DNA from: Collodictyon triciliatum
Taxonomy: Eukaryota
NCBI GenBank assembly: GCA_043381765.1
Contig: JBHJMP010000162.1
Coordinates: forward strand, 1-36,178
Reading direction: 5' to 3'
Length of the DNA stretch: 36,178 bases
Both the position numbers and the translations under genes were made by a program. Numbering within the stretch: the first letter of the stretch is position 1; every line of letters starts with the position of its first letter. The notes under the pieces were generated by a model. The model was not told the DNA's origin and did no database searches. It worked only from the letters and a program-made list of their open reading frames with translations. Below, piece after piece: positions 11,601 to 26,913 of this stretch.

Positions 11601-14582
11601 CAACAATTTGAGAAAACAGAAAAGAAATAACTGAAGATAAAAACAAGCCAGAGAAATGAATCAGAAAACTTAGTCATCCACTTATAGGCTCTTCGCACTC
11701 TATCGGATGACCTTGCTCAATTGACTGATGAATTATTTGAGGATAAAGAGAGAATGGCGGCTATCATCGGCTCCACACTCTCTCGTCTATATATCGTAAT
11801 ATTTCAGAACTCTTTCTCATCTGTATCTGTTCGGTATGTTCGATTTCGTTGCAACTATCTGCTTCGATTTATCTGTCTATTTATTTAAATTCATTTGAAC
11901 CCGACATAATGCTATAGCATGTTCGACAAATCGACCACAGTGATTACCGATTTGCAACAACAGTCTTGGGATTCATGAATCAGTTAACATCGTACCAGCA
12001 TGCCTTCAAGACGTGGAAACGTGAAGTAATATACCCGTATTTTTCGATTTACATTATCAGAATGAATCTTACACTAATACATGGCAAGGTCTGGGACATC
12101 TTCATGAAGTGTGAGGTCTTTCATGTTCCTGTTGATTTGCTGCGGAAGTGGAGAAAAATAATCCATGATATCATCAATCATGAGCAAGTAAACTCTGTTT
12201 CTGATAAAATTGAGTGTCTCCAAATTGAAAGAAATGATTTTATCCTCATTCCAATTTCACCGAAATAGAGCCTATTCTCTGAGCTTCTTGCGAAACCCTC
12301 GGCATCGATTCAAGCACCTGTAATCCTATTCGCCAACCGGTAACGATTTTTATCCAGCCTCTCTAATCGGCACTCGAATCTAAACTGGGGTTAAAAATGA
12401 ACCGAGACACTGTTTGCCTATTTTTCTTGTAACTAATTCAAATAATTATGTAATGGAATAGTGAAAATGAAAATGCTACGAGAGTCCGACTCCTCAGGCG
12501 CCTGACATTTGTTATATTTTGTGGAGAAGTTGATCAATATCACGGAGTCTTTGTATGTTGTATTTTTACACAGCAAACAGAAGCAATAAAAGTAGCACAT
12601 CAATAAAATTATGGGTAACTTCCATTACTGAACAATTTTTTTTAAAGGGAGAAATTCAAGAGAAACTTGCAGAGTGTATCAAAGCATCCGTATCCGTTCC
12701 TGGACTTATTATACATGTCCTTTTGTGCGTCCGTGTTCTAATGATTCGGATGTCTCGCGAAAATTTGACCTCTCTGTGGCCGACAGTTATCAACGAAGTT
12801 GTAAGAATTCGTTTCATTGCCGTTCTGCCATATTCGACATACATTTGTTTGAAACGATTGCTGTTTAAATGCGATCGACCGTGCAGATCCGCATCCTGGT
12901 GGAAAACAAGGACTTGGATTCAATTCTGGCAGCTTGCAAATTTATTGACTTTGCAATAGCTATTTTACCAGAAGAGTTCCACTTTTTCGAATGGATGTTT
13001 GTGGTGGACCCCACGAAAATTAATCTTTACGGTAAGTGAGTTAATCAAGCCATGAAAAAAAAAAAGCGCGTTCTTCGGGATCAAATGTATTCTTAATTTA
13101 TTCCTCAACCATGCATCGCATGGGACGGTTCAATTTATTTTTATTTTTTTGGGAGTGTGCGGAGATTACATGTACTGCACTGCATCGTGAGGCGTGTTTC
13201 GATCTATGAGTTATTTTAATTTTTTTTGCAATTTATTATGAATCAATCCAATGGCCTCTATAGTGCAAAATTCCTCAGAGCCTGCGCGGGATGCTGTCTC
13301 TATTCAGCCATTGATGTGGTATATCTTACGAGGGATGGATTCTGTTGAGTTTGATGCTCTTCCCAGCGATGCGTTATCATACCATGGCTCCAATGGACTT
13401 CGGCGACCACATATAACAACAAAATACGGTCTGTTACGAGCCAAATTTGAAAATTTGCTTTCTTCATAATTGAGTGTTTATTCATTTACTTATTTCAAGC
13501 AACTGATGTCAAAAGGATTAACTCGGACACCACACGCTATAATCACTAATTCACCAACAAATTGCGCATGAGAACTAAAATAGCCTTCTCCTTTCACAGC
13601 AACAAAGTCGTCCATCGCTCAAGGAATACGCAGCATATCAGTCTCGTGTCTGCATCCATCTCCGCACACTGCATCCAGTTTGGAATATGATTCAGACTTT
13701 GTCGAGCAATATATCTTTCAAGAATTTTCTGACTTGGACTCTGAAGCTGTGCAACATATCGCGATGAGTTCAGACCCACTGGGCTCCAGTGTTTCGGATT
13801 ATGTATTAGTCGGAGGTTTTGCATCATCTCCGCTCGTTTATCGATCAACCCGACCAAGCTCACTCTCGAAATCAGAACCCAATCACATCAGTAGTGTTGG
13901 CAGGAAAGACGAAGTCGATATAAGTAAAAGTGAAATTGGAAACCTTTCGAGAGCAGGGACAGGCATTTCGCTCAACGAACTTTCAGTACCTGAAGAGATG
14001 GCTCAAGAGATTTACACCACTTCTACTGCTCCTGAGCACGGGATAGACATAGAGACCCATCTCACTTCTGAAGGCGGTAATGAAACTCAACAAATTATAG
14101 AAGAAACATCAGCCACGCTGATGAACCAGTCACTCGCCCCGACAGCTGATGTTGAAACAAAGATGCAACTAGAAGAGGTTTCTGAGGTTGAATTACAAGA
14201 TGATATAACTGCACCTCTTGAGGAACAAAATATAGATAGCGTGGAACATGCCAACGAGACACCGCAAAGTGGTGACAGAGGAATAGACATGAATCGAAGC
14301 TATGACCGTGAAGCAGGAGAGAATCAAAATGAAGACGGAACAGATGAGAGGCAAAATGGGAATGAAACAGGCGAAAATCAACACGATGAGAGTTTGGCTC
14401 TTGAGAATCAAAATGGAGACGGAACAGATGAAAATCAAAATGGAGATGAAACAGGCGAAAATCAACACGATGAGAGTTTGGCTCTTGAGAATCAACACAA
14501 TGAGAATCAGAATCAACGCGATGAAGATTTGACTCTTGAGAAGCAACACGAAGGAGGTGAGAACGCAGGCATATCCAATTAA
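694..14582 (+). CDS. DOP1: Dopey/DOP1 family protein (Golgi-endosome trafficking, Mon2 partner); about 57 exons
   Basis: Manual splicing gives [45 protein letters not shown]...[28 protein letters not shown]...[17 protein letters not shown]...GLLPGLEEE...[18 protein letters not shown], matching the Dopey_N domain. C-terminal Dopey motifs include [45 protein letters not shown] and [10 protein letters not shown]...FHFFEWMF. Reading phase is consistent across all junctions. The last exon 13600-14582 ends in TAA. Confidence 0.93.
737..910 (+). repeat. (CCTTTT)n microsatellite in Dopey intron 1
   Basis: Read directly from the sequence. Confidence 0.95.
2537..2645 (+). repeat. (CATTCT)n followed by (CCATTTT)n, intronic
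   Basis: Read directly from the sequence. Confidence 0.9.
4410..4764 (+). repeat. (ATTTGTG)n followed by (TTTTG)n, intronic, spanning the 100-N gap 4567-4666
   Basis: Read directly from the sequence. Confidence 0.95.
8178..8513 (+). repeat. (CCAACAAAAAAA)n and (AAAAC)n, intronic, spanning the 100-N gap 8246-8345
   Basis: Read directly from the sequence. Confidence 0.95.
14319..14546 (+). repeat. Coding tandem repeat, 84 nt / 28 aa unit (two full copies plus a degenerate third) in the Dopey C-terminal tail
   Basis: Units start at 14319, 14403 and 14487: [28 protein letters not shown] / [28 protein letters not shown] / [21 protein letters not shown]. Confidence 0.9.
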
Positions 14583-14879
14583 ATGACATCGAATTGCAGC
14601 CATTTTCTTCTCATTAACCAGAAACCAAACGGCTCGCCGCTGTCTGTGCTTCCCGATGAGTAAAACCGCCGCCTGCTGTCACCGTTTGGCTTCGGGGCGC
14701 ATACATCCCATTTCTGGAATCCGTTCTGAAACGAAACCAGAATAAAGCCGCAAAAAAAGAAAAAAGAAATGATAATAAGTTGATGATACTCAAAGAGAAA
14801 GAAAGCATAGCGTTTGTCGCACTAACAGGCTAAAAGTCAAAGTATCATTGCGCAAATAAAGGAGACCGGCTCTTGCAAG

Positions 14880-17800
14880 ATGAAAATCGCGGGTGTGGGC
14901 ATTCGCTATGTCGAGCAAAGTAAGCACTCGCCTACTTCCGTCTTTAACCTTTGCTGGCTTGTTTGTTTATACATATGTACCTTCGTTTTCATGAAATCAA
15001 CTATGTTGTTTTGTAAGTTGCTTCTGTGCGTTGCCTACCTATAAAGCCTCCTTGTTTCGTTGTCTTTCTGACGTGTGCCGAGGGCGAAGGCATGGGACAG
15101 ACACGCCATCCTATTGTTTAACCGGCCCAACTCAGATGAGCCGGCCTCGGAAAACTCTGATCAGCCGCTCCGGCCTCGGCCTGCTTTCTTCTCTGGCGAA
15201 ACCCATGCGGCAGGGCACAAGGGGTTTAGTTCGATTCGATCGATTGCAGAGTTGGAAGGCAGATTACCAGCAGAAGGCATCTTGGAAGGAGTCGTCAACC
15301 AGAATGCGCTGGCTGCAATGGAGCGCGTGATGATTTTCTCGAACCGGGCCACCCATTACGCACCGGAACCAAGTGAATCTGCTGATGCTTTGCCCTTGGC
15401 AGAGCCGATGAGAATGCCGGAGTCGCAACCATCCGCGGGTGATCAACGTGACTTCCATTCCGTGGAGACAGGATCGGCCTCTAATGCGTCTCGTGGTCTG
15501 TATCTTAGAGCCTTCTCTTTTGTTTCATGTTTTTGTCTGTTGCATGGTCGATGTCATTTTGCGTTTGTTTTTCTCAATTTTATTCTCTATCTCAATTTTT
15601 ATCTCATTCTACAAGATACTTTATTATTTCATCTTCAATCTTCCATTCTCATGCCATTTTACATCCGGTGACTCGGTCGCTCTTTCCTAAACTTATAGTA
15701 TATTCTTTTCCCATACGTTCTTTCTTTAAGGCCCACCGTCCAGTCGGACACTGAGGAGTGAAGAAAGTATTCGCCTAGAACGTTTTAACCCAAAAATGAC
15801 GAAGCAGAGGATTATCAAGAGGTGCCTGTTCTCTTCATTCGCGTCCATTATATTTCAACCTGGAATGGACGATTGTCCATAATTTTCTTGATCATATGAA
15901 CTACTTTAGCCTTCAATACACAAACATGATTCTTTTTCAATATACGATCATTTTTGAAACCAAAAATTGCAAAATCCAAGACTGGCTTTGGGACATCCCA
16001 AATCATCCTTGGCAATTATAGCGACAAGCGTTCTGGGAAAAGAAGTCGCAGATGGGTAGGAGTTGTGACATTCATTTTTCAGTCCACTTTTTCAGGCAGA
16101 TAGAACTATATTCTCACTGTCATAGCTTGTCCCTTATTTCGAAATCAGCCTTCAAACTCCCGTCGTTTGATTATTATTTTTTTTAAAAAAAAAAATATGA
16201 ACATTCAATTGACGAGAGAAAATGTCTCACTAGTGAGAACGACAACATCGCCGCCACATACAGTGAAACAAATGAAATCACGGATAAAATATATCGAGCA
16301 CTTAAAAATCATTTTGTTTGGTGCATATCTGGTATTTTTCTAATGATTATAGAGGTAAGTCTAAATGTTCTTTTCGTTAATAATTATTCGATATTTTTTA
16401 CCTTTATATAAACTCCTAATTATCCGTATATAAGAAGATGAACCGCGCATTGTCTCTTCATCATTGTATTGCATTTTTTTTTTATTTTAGAACGAATTGC
16501 TGTATTCCCAGAAAGATGAGCCTAGTTCTTTGACCACTGGATTGAAGATTTGCATTTCTATAACAACCATTTTTTCAAGTTGGATATTACTTCATTTTTT
16601 ATTTGTGAATACTTTGAATTCGTAGTATCGGGAAATAATGCATCATCTTTTACATTTGATTTTAGTTCTAAATGATTGAATAAATCTGGTGAAATGTATA
16701 CCACAGTATATTACATGTCAGTCTATTACCGTATTTATCTGCAACGAATGAAACTAAGAGGATTTTCAATTCGTGGAGGCATATTTTCATTGATAACTTT
16801 AGTTTATTCAACTCAGTTATTGAGAAAATAATTTAGCATTTTAAAGAATGTCACCAACTCAAAATCGATATCTCTGACATATGGGGTATTTTATTCAGGT
16901 GCTGTTTTGCCGATGAAGCAGATCGTCCTCTTCATGATAGAACTGATTGTGATGCTGGTTCATCCAGTGCCCTGGATTGATGGAAAATTTGCGCCTTACA
17001 ATGGTGGATACTCTAACATAACCAAATTGAACATCTATAGCTATTTAACTTTCTGGCAAGTACCAATTATATAATTTAATATGAACTTGATAATTTTTCT
17101 CACAGGCTATTTATCCGTTCACTACGAATTCAAGCTGGAATACACTTATGATGCTTTCTTTGGTTTACTGATGTTTGGACGCTTATACCTGTTCGGTAAG
17201 TATACTACTGATTGTATTGAGCTTTTTAAGGTGCCTAGTGAAATGAAAAAAGTTTTCATATCATCTTAATTGAAGAACCAAAGAAAGAAGTAAAAAGAAC
17301 CATGTAATGTCTAGCCCGCATGCTCATATACGCCAGTGGATTGCATGTAAGAACTGCAGAGGTGATAGGGAACATGAATAAAGTGGACATCGATGCCGCC
17401 TTTGCAATCAAAGCGATGCTCCGACGGTCTCCATATCGCTTGCTTCTCTCCTTTCTTTGCTTTAACCTCATCTCAACATCATACTGCATCCATATCTGCG
17501 AAAGACCATCGCCAACCTCAAACACAAAGTCTTATCTTGACTCTCTCTGGTTCATGTTCAACACGATCGCTGCCCTTGGCTATGGAGATTCGGTGGTTAC
17601 CACACTTTGTGGTCGTTCAATTGCAGCGATTGGTAATCAATGCAGATATATCAAAACAACAATGAAATTTGATTCTTAACTTTTCTTTCTATTTTAACAA
17701 GTTGTCCTAGATTATTAATTTTTTGATCTATTTCAATGTGAATGTTTAGTTGGATTTTGATTCACTCGTCTGAGAAGCATTATCTGTTTATTTAACAGGA

Positions 17801-19565
17801 AGTGTGGTAGGGCAGCTTTCTACTGCGCTCATCATTATGATTGCAAACCACAATCCCTTGCTTTCTAACGCGCAATCAAGAATTCTTTCTTTACTTGCAA
17901 AGGTTCGATTCCATACAAATTATTCATAAGTGCTCAATCGTCATCGGACTGCACTCTTAATATTGGCGTTGATTGTTGTAGGAGGAATGGAACAGGGATG
18001 TCAGGGAAAAGGCGGTCATATCCGTACAGAGGCTGTGGAGGATACAGAGACCGCGAAAATACAGCCCATTTGCGAAGATTCGGGTATATGGTGCTTTTCT
18101 TTTCTCTTTTACTCTTTTTCTCTTTTCTCTTTTACTCTTTTTCTCTTTTCTCTTCTTTTCTCTTTTACCCTTTTTCTCTTTTCTCTTTTTCTCTTTTTCT
18201 CTTTTTCTCTTTTTCTCTTTTTCTCTTTTTCTCTTTTTCTCTTTTTCTCTTTTTCTCTTTTTCTCTTTTTCTCTTTTTCTCTTTTTCTCTTTTCTCTTTT
18301 TCTGTTGACTTTAATTTGACCCACATCAAAACTTCCATCATCCCATTCTAAAGTCCAAGGAAAAATAATAGGCGTTTGGAGCATTGAATGATTGGCGCAC
18401 CAGTCGTCGGGACTATAGAGCCTTCCTGGATAAAGAAAAGTCACAAAATAACGTGCGTCCATCAGCCTTCTCAAACTTTGCCCATTCACTATACAACGAT
18501 AATCTCTCACATCTAGAACCGTCAGAAAATAAACGACTATTCTATATATGATTTTCTAACATATATCACAGATAAAACCGCTCATCACACAGCTCGTTGG
18601 CAGCAGCAAAAGTCTATCAAATCGCCTCGACGAGATTCATTTTCAAATGCTCCGGGTATCAATCATGATTAGAATGTTATACATGAAAGTTTATAAAGCC
18701 CACACAAGAAAAGAATATCATACGACTATCTATTAATTTTTATTTATTTTATTATTTTATTAATTTTTTGTTTTATTATTTTATCATTTTATTATTCTAT
18801 TAATTTTTATTTATTTTGGTTTATTGTTTGATTGTTTGATTGTTTTATTCTTTTTATTCTTTTTATTCTTTTTATTCTTTTTATTCTTTTTATTCTTTTT
18901 ATTCTTTTTATTCTTTTTATTCTTTTTATTCTTTTTATTCTTTTTATTCTTTTTATTATTTACATACACAGTTCAATTTTGCCCGAACGCGCTAAGAAAA
19001 AGGGGGGAAATTAAGAATATGTCATGTGGAGACTTTGCACTAGTATCTATTATAAGAAAAAAAACCTTTGGAGACTATCAGTTCACCAAAAAAAAAACGT
19101 AACTGAAGGAAATGGTTTTTAGATTCAACGCAAACTTGATGCTCTTCAAACACTGGACAAGGATTCAATTCTTCAAGTTCTTTCAGACCCGCGTTTACAT
19201 CGTCCCTTCCACGGAAGCGACGCACAATCATCAGACGCGTCTGATTCAGACTCTCTGCAAAGCTCCAACCAAGCGCGGCCAACGGCGAAGAGGGCCAAAC
19301 CGACTCTATTGAGACGAGCAGAAACTGTTTGTGCAGCATCATCCGAACCTAGGGCAAATATCCCAACGATGAACTCACATTCGATTGATTGATTCAATTC
19401 TTAAGAATATGTAAATATCGTCGTCTCTTCGTGCATCAGCCGGTTCCTGCGTCATTGGCCTCAATCAAAGTCGCTTTCCAGGTGCAGCTTCACAAGAAGC
19501 CGTCGTCGATGCTGCCCGACACGCGCGAAGTCAAAAGCCCGGTCAAGATTGAGCTTGTGGGATGA
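14880..19565 (+). CDS. Small-conductance Ca2+-activated K+ channel-like protein (SK/KCNN family), 6TM plus calmodulin-binding region, multi-exon
   Basis: Spliced product contains SK-type motifs: GIFLMIIENEL, LKICISITT, IELIVMLVHPVP, LMFGRLYLFARMLIYAS, IGNMNKVDIDAAFAIKAML, ICER, LWFMFNTIAALGYGDSVVTTLCGR, S6 GQLSTALIIMI and a CaM-binding-like REKAVISVQRLWR. ATG at 14880 joins exon 2 in phase. The end is TGA 19565 if intron 19327-19439 is spliced, otherwise TGA 19392. Confidence 0.88.
18095..18303 (+). repeat. (CTCTTTTT)n and related pyrimidine repeat, intronic in the channel gene
   Basis: Read directly from the sequence. Confidence 0.9.
18843..18956 (+). repeat. (TTCTTTTTA)n 9-mer repeat, intronic
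   Basis: Read directly from the sequence. Confidence 0.93.
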
Positions 19566-19946
19566 TGCCGCTTATTATTCAATTCATCAGCCAACATCCC
19601 AACCATCGTCCCGACGCTTTGCAAAAGAAAAGAGGCTAATGTGTTCGTCCCATCCTGTGTTTCGAATAGAAAGGAAAAGAAAGAATAGAAAAGAGACTTT
19701 TTATATCTCCCGGGGTTGCGCCCACAACTCTGTCGGGTTTTGTTATTTAATCAAAAAAATTATAGAATAAAACGACCAAGAAAAAAGGGTAATAGTTAAA
19801 AAAAACAAAAACAAAACAAACAATATTTGTTTTCACCCGATAAGTTTACTCGTGTCGCTCGCAATACTTGAACGAAGAAAAATAACAAAGCAAAACAAAA
19901 CAGAGCGAAAAAAAGTAAAAGTAAATCCAGAAAATACCAGGTGGAA

Positions 19947-24745
<4,799 letters not shown>

Positions 24746-25207
24746 CTAGTGGCATTTTATTATAATGTTATTGTTAGTTTATTTTTTTTGTTACTATCAT
24801 CTGCGCTATCTGTGTTGTTTGTGTTTGTTAATAAAATATAGAAATTCAAAGACAACAAGAAGAAAAAAAACCAAAGAAACGGGAGAAATATATACTGGCA
24901 TCGGAAATATTCTGAAGTTACTAATCAAGAAACACAACGTTGTAAATTGTGCGGTGAAGATGTTTGCAGAGTGAGCAGCGCAGATACGGGGATGTAGATG
25001 AAGGAAAGAAAAAGCGAAAGAGAGGCTACAAGATTGGCCCAATACCCCCACTTTTCTTTAACAGCCATCACGCCCCCAATAAACCCACCCAAAAGAACAA
25101 ACCCATAAGAACACTATTCATAAATAGAGGGGGAAGAAAAAAAACACGGAGGAGCAGACAGATAGAAATGGCAAGAGATAACGAAACACACCTGGAGTGA
25201 AACCAGT

Positions 25208-26238
25208 TCACTCCACACAACCGCCCAACAGGCACATTTGTCGCCTCTGATGCCGCTGCCTCTCCTGCTGCTCTGTCGCCAATCTCTCCTGCTGCCTGCA
25301 ACAAACATGCATATGAACAGATAAAACAGTGGGCATGCGATATACACTGCGCTTCATAAAATAAATAAATAAATAAATAGACAACTAAAGAAATGCGAAC
25401 CAATATAACCGTAATGAAGCAAAAAAAAATAATTATTAGCAAAAGCACAAACAAGAAAATAAGCATGCAAGACAAAGCGCTCTTACTCATGCCACGCGAG
25501 AAATGCATGATGCAGCCGTGTCTCCAGATTCCCTCCGACCGCCAAGGACAGGCCGACGCCCGAAGAAGGCGCCCCGAGGGAATTGAGCTGCGCCTGGTCC
25601 ATCCGCTCATAGACCCACAGGATGCCGTTGTGGAAAAACTCGCAGACGGAGTTGTGCCGCACATCCGCAAGATGAGTCCAGCCGAGGCCCGGCAGCAGCG
25701 CGTGAATCTGCCAACGCGAGTAGGCCGCATCCGCACACCAATGCCAGCGATACGCACACGCCGCAATCGGCGCATCGGGCGAAACCGCAGGCAAAGGCTG
25801 TGCAAGCAGAGGCGACAAAGACGACGTCACAGACCCGTCCCGCCAAACCCGACGGCTGCCCGCTGCCAAGGCCGACTCGGAGGCCGAAGCCACATGCGCA
25901 AACGCAAACGAGTTGCACATGGGCAAGGCAGGCGGCGGACTCGGGCGCAGCCGGCGGCTTTTCTCGGAGTCTCTGTGTGTGTGATTCGCCAGCTTTTGCG
26001 GCGCTGAGTCTGGTCTTTGCGGCGGGCCAATCATGCTGCTTGGCGACGCTGGCTCGTCTGCAAAGGCTGCTGCAAAGGGCACAAGGACAATCGCATCGCT
26101 GGCCAGTCGGAACGCAAGGATGGGCGGCCGTTGGTACAGGGCGGGGATCGGCCGGTCCTGAGTCAGATGTGCGGGTGGAATGCGCCAGAGTCCGCGAAGG
26201 TCTGGTGGGCGCTCGGGCGTCTCCAGAAGCGCGCCCAT
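25208..26238 (-). CDS. Hypothetical protein (about 280 aa, 2 exons), family not recognised
   Basis: A long GC-rich open frame runs from ATG at 26238 (may extend into the gap) to a GA|GTAAGA donor near 25486. An AT-rich intron follows, then acceptor ttgttgcag and a last exon QQERLATEQQERQRHQRRQMCLLGGCVE* (TGA at 25208-25210). The N-half is Pro/Ser-rich; the C-half is aromatic-rich and looks globular. Confidence 0.7.
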
Positions 26239-26254
26239 GTGTGCTGGATTGTTT

Positions 26255-26629
26255 NNNNNNNNNNNNNNNNNNNNNNNNNNNNNNNNNNNNNNNNNNNNNN
26301 NNNNNNNNNNNNNNNNNNNNNNNNNNNNNNNNNNNNNNNNNNNNNNNNNNNNNNNNNNNNNNNNNNNNNNNNNNNNNNNNNNNNNNNNNNNNNNNNNNNN
26401 NNNNNNNNNNNNNNNNNNNNNNNNNNNNNNNNNNNNNNNNNNNNNNNNNNNNNNNNNNNNNNNNNNNNNNNNNNNNNNNNNNNNNNNNNNNNNNNNNNNN
26501 NNNNNNNNNNNNNNNNNNNNNNNNNNNNNNNNNNNNNNNNNNNNNNNNNNNNNNNNNNNNNNNNNNNNNNNNNNNNNNNNNNNNNNNNNNNNNNNNNNNN
26601 NNNNNNNNNNNNNNNNNNNNNNNNNNNNN
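26255..26629. other. 375-N gap expected to hold the PRP6 start and a shared divergent promoter
   Basis: PRP6 coding sequence emerges from the right edge without its conserved N-terminal [20 protein letters not shown] segment. The minus-strand gene starts at the left edge. Confidence 0.6.
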
Positions 26630-26879
26630 AGTTCGGCCAATCGCAGTGCGCAAATAGCCAAGAAGCCGAGTGAAGATCAACCCTCCCAGAAGAACGAGGA
26701 GGAAGACGACGAGCGTGAAAACGACGACGATGATACAAAAGATACCGGTATCTTTTTCGACAGCGCGAAGTAAGAAGATTATGTTGGAAAAAATGAAAAG
26801 AAATGGCGATGACAAACGCAGCCAATTGCTGATGTCCTTATTTTTCTTTTTGATGTTTTTTTTTGTTTTTTTTTTTTCG

Positions 26880-26913
<34 letters not shown>

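Noticed and set aside
14319..14546. Regularly spaced repeats as a CRISPR array or mobile element
   Set aside because: They are in-frame coding tandem units with no unique spacers. No transposase, RT or terminal repeats are seen in the window.
14621..14693. Hammerhead-like pieces (GAAA plus stem, ccGATGAG)
   Set aside because: The core is CCGATGA rather than CUGAUGA, there is no UH after the stem, and the topology is wrong.
19585..19617. Minus-strand ...GWDVG-TGA-TGA resembling a C-terminal selenocysteine (SelK/SelS-like)
   Set aside because: The presumed upstream exon is the antisense of COG2 exon 1, the neighbouring sequence is explained by the channel's last exon, and no SECIS is evident.
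25393..26825. Several long overlapping ORFs on both strands around the unassigned gene
   Set aside because: They arise from high GC content and the 375-N gap. Only one minus-strand frame has a consistent intron and protein-like composition.
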